DNA of 63,958 nucleotides, filler included, from Stramenopiles sp. TOSAG23-2 (Eukaryota), in NCBI GenBank assembly GCA_900128395.1. It is 4 parts of 4 records of this genome, joined end to end, with 100 filler letters (N's around TTAATTAATTAA, not from the genome) between each part and the next. Parts side by side here need not be neighbours in the genome. Positions count along the whole stretch, not along the records: positions 51,104 to 63,958 come from LT649830.1; 3 more parts are not named here. One strand, 5' to 3'. Below the pieces are notes generated by a model. The model saw nothing but the letters and a program-made list of their open reading frames with translations. It did no database searches and had not been told where the DNA came from. The position numbers were made by a program, and so were the translations under genes. Shown one piece after another: positions 59,011 to 63,958 of the stretch (its first letter is position 1; every line of letters begins with the position of its first letter).

Positions 59011-60081
59011 ATGAATATCATACGAAGAAATATTTATCAACATACGAGAAGAGGATCAATCATACCTGCTGCATTTATTAACAAGTATTATACTTCTTCT
59101 TCTTCTACCATTTCTTCTCGTTTATTTACTACAACTACATTTACAAATAATAATAATAATACTATTGCGTATCAATATATTCATGGAGATGAAAATATAT
59201 ATAATAAAGACAACAAACGTAATACATGTGTTATGATACATGGTATGTTAGGGCAAGGTAAAAATTTACGAACGTTTGCACGCCGTATTGTGAAACAATA
59301 TCCATTTTTTGATGTCTTGCTTGTTGATTTACGTGGTCATGGCAAATCACCATCGTTTTTTCCAAATGCAATTAAAAACAATGTTGAAAATTGTGCTATT
59401 GATATTTATAATTTATTTAAAGTCATTGAAGTAGCACCTGATGTTATTATTGGGCATAGTTTTGGTGGTAAAGTTGCACTTTCATTAATGAAACATACAT
59501 TGTTAAACAGTGATGGCAACACATATCAAATATTACCACGTACATGGATATGGGATTCCGTTGCTGGTACAATCGATCCATCAACCTTGCCAACAAAAAA
59601 TTCAACTTTGCAAGTATTAAAAGCATTACAAAATATAAAAGTACCAGTTAAATCAAAAAATGTTTTATCGACATTTGAAAAATATGATATAGGACCTGGT
59701 ATAGCAAATTGGATGACAACCAATTTAGTACCAAATCCAGAGAAACCTGGTACGTATTTATGGGCCTTTGATTTACCATGTTGTGTTGAATTGTTTGAAT
59801 CATATTGTGAAACAGATATATACGATGTCATTGATGAATTGCCATTAATTGATTCATTTCCAAATGCAAATGAAGCACCAATATTAAATTTTGTACGTGC
59901 TGGTGGTAATTTAATCTGGGATGAAGATCGTGTAACAGAAATGGATGATATATGTTCCTCTGCATATGGCAATCAAGTTTCTATTTATGATGTACCTGAT
60001 GTTGGACATTGGATACATGTAGAAGCACCAAATATTGTGTTTGATTTATTAGATCAAAACACATTATCTAAATTTGATTGA
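59011..60081 (+). CDS. Alpha/beta hydrolase, ABHD11-like, probably mitochondrial
   Basis: IHGMLG, VDLRGHGKS, GHSFGG nucleophile elbow, GHWIHVEAP; Arg/Ser/Thr-rich N-terminal presequence. Confidence 0.9.
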   Translation: MNIIRRNIYQHTRRGSIIPAAFINKYYTSSSSTISSRLFTTTTFTNNNNNTIAYQYIHGDENIYNKDNKRNTCVMIHGMLGQGKNLRTFARRIVKQYPFFDVLLVDLRGHGKSPSFFPNAIKNNVENCAIDIYNLFKVIEVAPDVIIGHSFGGKVALSLMKHTLLNSDGNTYQILPRTWIWDSVAGTIDPSTLPTKNSTLQVLKALQNIKVPVKSKNVLSTFEKYDIGPGIANWMTTNLVPNPEKPGTYLWAFDLPCCVELFESYCETDIYDVIDELPLIDSFPNANEAPILNFVRAGGNLIWDEDRVTEMDDICSSAYGNQVSIYDVPDVGHWIHVEAPNIVFDLLDQNTLSKFD

Positions 60082-60632
60082 GATATTATATAGTTTTCGT
60101 ACAATATATATCATATTTTATGATGTACCTGATGTTGGACATTGGATACATGTAGAAGCACCAAATATTGTGTTTGATTTATTAGATCAAAACACATTAT
60201 CTAAATTTGATTGAGATATTATATAGTTTTCGTACAATATATATCATATATATTGTGCGTATCATATGAAATTAAAGGAGGTATGGAGGTATGATAGGGT
60301 GGGCATTGATGCGGTGCCATTGAGAGCTTGAAGAGAGGAAAGAGGAACCCAGAGAAACGGTTTTTAAGAGAGAAGAAGGTACATTTTAAACACAGTTGAT
60401 ATAAATATTAAAATTATTACGAGTCGTATTAATAAAATACCCGCCGTGTTTAAAAATAAAAAAAATTATACGCGTGGTTTTCGTCGTCTTACATATAAAT
60501 TAACGTACAAATCTCCCTCCCTTTTCTATAGAGAGAATTCTTTGATATTCGCCAACAATGAACTGTGAATTAGATAGACATCTCTATGCAAACAACTCTT
60601 TCATCCTTGACGTCTTCCTCTGATTGTGTGTC

Positions 60633-61433
60633 TTAATGATTTAAATCACCATTACCTTCTCCTACTCTTCTACCATTTTCATCAAAACAATTTGCTTTTC
60701 CACCTTTTGAACGTATAAGATCAATGATCTCTTGGCCAATTGGACTATCATTATGAAGATATGCCCTGTCAAGGGGAGTGGATCCCCAACTGTCCTTCTT
60801 ATTAATATTATCAAGAGTCATATGCGTTAACAACAATTGAATCAACTCAGTATTCGTTCTGTTCCAACCTGCTGCATAATGTAATGCATTTGATCCATAT
60901 TCAGTACATCCAATATTAGGATCAGCTTCACCTTGTTCAATTAAATATTTAACTACGTGGAAATGTTCGCCCCCTGCAGCTGCAATTAAAGGTGTACGTT
61001 CCCAACCACGACTATCTGCACCGACTTGATTCACCATTTCTTTCAATGTCATATTACTTTCTTTCACACCGTTCATCTCAATATATTTATGAAAACGATG
61101 TAAATTTACAAATAATAACACATCATTCATACGTCCTTCTGCACATGCGCATACCAACGCAGTATTTCCTTCAAACTCATTTCCATACCTTCGATACAGC
61201 TCAAACAACTGCTTTGGTTTACTTATTGCTTCACTTACACACTCATTAAAACTTGCATGTCCTAAATTTTTCACTAAACAAGACTCACTCATTTTTAATA
61301 TAGATTTAACATTTAAAAATTTTAAAATATTTTTAAACAAACCTGGTATACCACATATATCGTATATGTTTTTAATTTCATCATCATCGTCGTCCTTCGC
61401 CTCTTTTCGTTGTTTTGTATTTCTTGACGCCAT
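60633..61433 (-). CDS. F-box-like/ankyrin-repeat protein, copy 1
   Basis: IPGLFKNILKFLNVKSILKMSESC (F-box-like); TPLIAAA, NALHYAA, TPLDRA ankyrin repeats. Confidence 0.88.
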   Translation of the reverse strand: MASRNTKQRKEAKDDDDDEIKNIYDICGIPGLFKNILKFLNVKSILKMSESCLVKNLGHASFNECVSEAISKPKQLFELYRRYGNEFEGNTALVCACAEGRMNDVLLFVNLHRFHKYIEMNGVKESNMTLKEMVNQVGADSRGWERTPLIAAAGGEHFHVVKYLIEQGEADPNIGCTEYGSNALHYAAGWNRTNTELIQLLLTHMTLDNINKKDSWGSTPLDRAYLHNDSPIGQEIIDLIRSKGGKANCFDENGRRVGEGNGDLNH

Positions 61434-62081
61434 CTTGTATATATATATATATATGTATATATATATTGTGTTATCTACAGTTCAACATTATTCTATTTTA
61501 TCTATATTTTTAGTTCAAATTCAAAGGAACAACGACCAGAGATGTAAAAATAGAGACAAAACGACGGCATTCGAAAAAGCTTTTGTGTCAAGTGTGTGTA
61601 TTAAGAAAAGAAGAAAGTAAAAAAAAATATATTGTTGTCTTAATTTCTATTTTTAGTTTTCAAATTTTTGGTAATACCACGCGCCGTACCAATATATATT
61701 TTCACCACTCAGAGAGATGTAAAAATAGAGACAAAACGACGGCATTCGAAAAAGCTTTTGTGTCAAGTGTGTGTATTAAGAAAAGAAGAAAGTAAAAAAA
61801 AATATATTGTTGTCTTAATTTCTATTTTTAGTTTTCAAATTTTTGGTAATACCACGCGCCGTACCAATATATATTTTCACCACTCAGTCTCTCCTCAATC
61901 TCCGTTTGCTCCCATCTCATCCTTCTTGTGATCTATTTGTAATGGAATTTATATTTGATATATATCATATAATATTTGATTGTTGACACGGATGATTCGA
62001 TAGACGACATCTCTCTATGCAAACAACTCTTTCATTCTGGACGTCTTCCTCTGATTGTGTTGTTAATGATTTAAATCGCCG

Positions 62082-62861
62082 TTACCTCCTCCTTACATAT
62101 CTACCATTTGCATCATGATAATTTGCTTTTCCACCTTTTGAACGTATAAGTGCAATGATCTCTTGGCGAATTGGATTATCATTAGCAAAATATGCCCTGT
62201 CCAGGGGAGTGGCTCCCAACCCGGCCTGCTTATTAATATTATTAAGAGTCATATGAGTTAACAACAATTGAATCAACTCAGTACTCGTTCTGTTATTACG
62301 TGCTGCTACATGTAATGCATTATATCCATACCTATTTGTAATATTAGGATCAGCTTCAAATTGTTTAATTAAATATTGAACTAGTTGGAAATGTCCGTTC
62401 GATGCAGCTGCCATTAAAGGTGTATATTCACCATAATAACTATTTGCACCGAGTTGATTCACCATTTCTTTCAATGTCATATTACCTTCTTTCACACCGT
62501 TCATTTCAATATATTTATGAAAACGATGTAAATTTACAAATAATAACACATCATTCATACGTCCTTTTTCACATGCACATATCAATGCCGACCTCCCTTC
62601 AAACTCATTTCCATACCTTTGATATAGCTCGAACAACTGTTTTGGTTTACTTATCGCTTCACTTACACACTCATTAAAACTTCTATGTCCTAAATTTTTC
62701 ACTAAACAAGACTCACTCATTTTTAATATAGCTTTAACATTTAAAAATTTTAAAATATTTTTAAACAAACCTGGTATACCACATATATCGTATATGTTTT
62801 TAATTTCATCATCGTCATCGTCCTTCACCTCTTTCCGTTGTTTTGTATTTCTTGACGCCAT
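62082..62861 (-). CDS. F-box-like/ankyrin-repeat protein, copy 2 (+1 frameshift in the last ~10 codons)
   Basis: Paralog of copy 1; an extra base near 62093 truncates the GxGNGDLNH tail, which is still visible in the shifted frame. Confidence 0.85.
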   Translation of the reverse strand: MASRNTKQRKEVKDDDDDEIKNIYDICGIPGLFKNILKFLNVKAILKMSESCLVKNLGHRSFNECVSEAISKPKQLFELYQRYGNEFEGRSALICACEKGRMNDVLLFVNLHRFHKYIEMNGVKEGNMTLKEMVNQLGANSYYGEYTPLMAAASNGHFQLVQYLIKQFEADPNITNRYGYNALHVAARNNRTSTELIQLLLTHMTLNNINKQAGLGATPLDRAYFANDNPIRQEIIALIRSKGGKANYHDANGRYVRRR

Positions 62862-63304
62862 CTTGTATATATATATATATTTATTGTGTTATCTATGGTT
62901 CAACATTATTCTATTTTATTTTATATATTTTTAGTTCAAATTCAAAGGAACAACGACAAGAGATGTAAAAATAGAGACAAAACGACGGCATTCGAAAAAG
63001 CTTTTGTGTCAAGTGTGTGTATAAGAAAAGAAGAAAGTAAAAAAAAATATATTGTTGTCTTAATTTCTATTTTTAGTTTTCAAATTTTTGGTAACACCAC
63101 GCGCCGTACCATATATATTTTCACCACTCAGTCTCTCTCAATCTCCGTTTGCTCCCATCTCATCCTTCTTGATCTATTTGTAATGGAATTTATATTTGAT
63201 ATTCAATTTGACACAATGAATTGAAGTGATGCGAATTAGATAGACGACATCTCTCGCTATGCAAACAACTCTTTCATTCTGGACGTCTTCCTATGATTGT
63301 ATTG

Positions 63305-63958
63305 TTAATCATTTAAATCACCATTACCTTCTCCTACATTTCTACCATTTTCATCATGCAAATTTGCTTTTCCGCTTTTTGAACGTATAAGTGCAATGAT
63401 CTCTTGGCGAATTGGACTATGATTATGAATATATGCAGCGTCCAGGGGAGTGAATCCCCACCTGTCCTTCTTATTAATGCTAGTAAGAGTCATATGAGTT
63501 AGTAACAATTCAATCAACTCAGTATTCGTTCTGTTATTACATGCTGCACAATGTAATGCATTAAATCCATTTGTATTTGCAATATTAGGATCAGCTTCAC
63601 CTTGTTCAATCAAATATTCAACTATTTGGAAATGTTCGTTCCTTGCAGCTGCAATTAAAGGTGTATATTCATAACCACGACTATCTTTACCGACTTGATT
63701 CACCATTTCTTTCAATGTCATATTACCTTCTTTCACGCCGTTCATCTCAATATATTTATGAAAACCATGTAAATTTACAAATAATAACACATCATTCATA
63801 CGTCCGTGTTGACATGCACATATCAATGCTGTCCTCCCTTCAAACTCATTTTCATATCTTCGATATAGCTCATACAACTGCCTTGGTCTACTTATCGCTT
63901 CACTTACACACTCATTAAAACTTGCATGTCCTAAATTTTTCACTAAACAAGACTCACT
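63305..63958 (-). CDS. Ankyrin-repeat protein, copy 3, 5'-partial at window edge
   Basis: Paralog of copies 1-2; frame runs off the window. Confidence 0.87.
   Translation of the reverse strand, partial: SESCLVKNLGHASFNECVSEAISRPRQLYELYRRYENEFEGRTALICACQHGRMNDVLLFVNLHGFHKYIEMNGVKEGNMTLKEMVNQVGKDSRGYEYTPLIAAARNEHFQIVEYLIEQGEADPNIANTNGFNALHCAACNNRTNTELIELLLTHMTLTSINKKDRWGFTPLDAAYIHNHSPIRQEIIALIRSKSGKANLHDENGRNVGEGNGDLND

Noticed and set aside
1..63958. Alternative genetic code (ciliate-type), suggested by the p1 homolog
   Set aside because: Conserved genes end at TAA or TGA at the expected positions and long ORFs read cleanly in the standard code.

Overview
AT-rich genomic DNA from a unicellular eukaryote (spliceosomal GT-AG introns, histone H2A, cytosolic RPS29, poly-Asn tracts); a stramenopile-like protist is a guess, not established. 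The window is four pieces joined by artificial N-TTAATTAATTAA-N linkers (17000-17099, 34007-34106, 51004-51103), so adjacency across linkers means nothing. Piece 1 is almost entirely one ~5,100-aa secreted Gly-X-Thr/coiled-coil protein gene. Piece 2 holds FkbM methyltransferase, WD40, laminin-IV-like, SPPL protease, copia relic, MYND, a Cys-free RPS29 and a GT10 fucosyltransferase. Piece 3 holds a PhyH-like dioxygenase, a near-perfect 4.5-kb duplication carrying a homolog of p1 (subunit of the MTA1c/AMT1 DNA 6mA methyltransferase complex) fused to a Tudor domain and a ubiquitin-binding-like motif, a BAG protein and an unknown protein. Piece 4 holds an H2A.X-like histone, an aldo-keto reductase, a deleted Ty3/gypsy element whose gag and pol frames are separated only by UGA-CUAG, an ABHD11-like hydrolase and a tandem array of F-box-like/ankyrin genes with variable binding faces. 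Many perfect 90-175 bp tandem duplications look like assembly artefacts. All family calls come from motif recognition by eye, not database searches.
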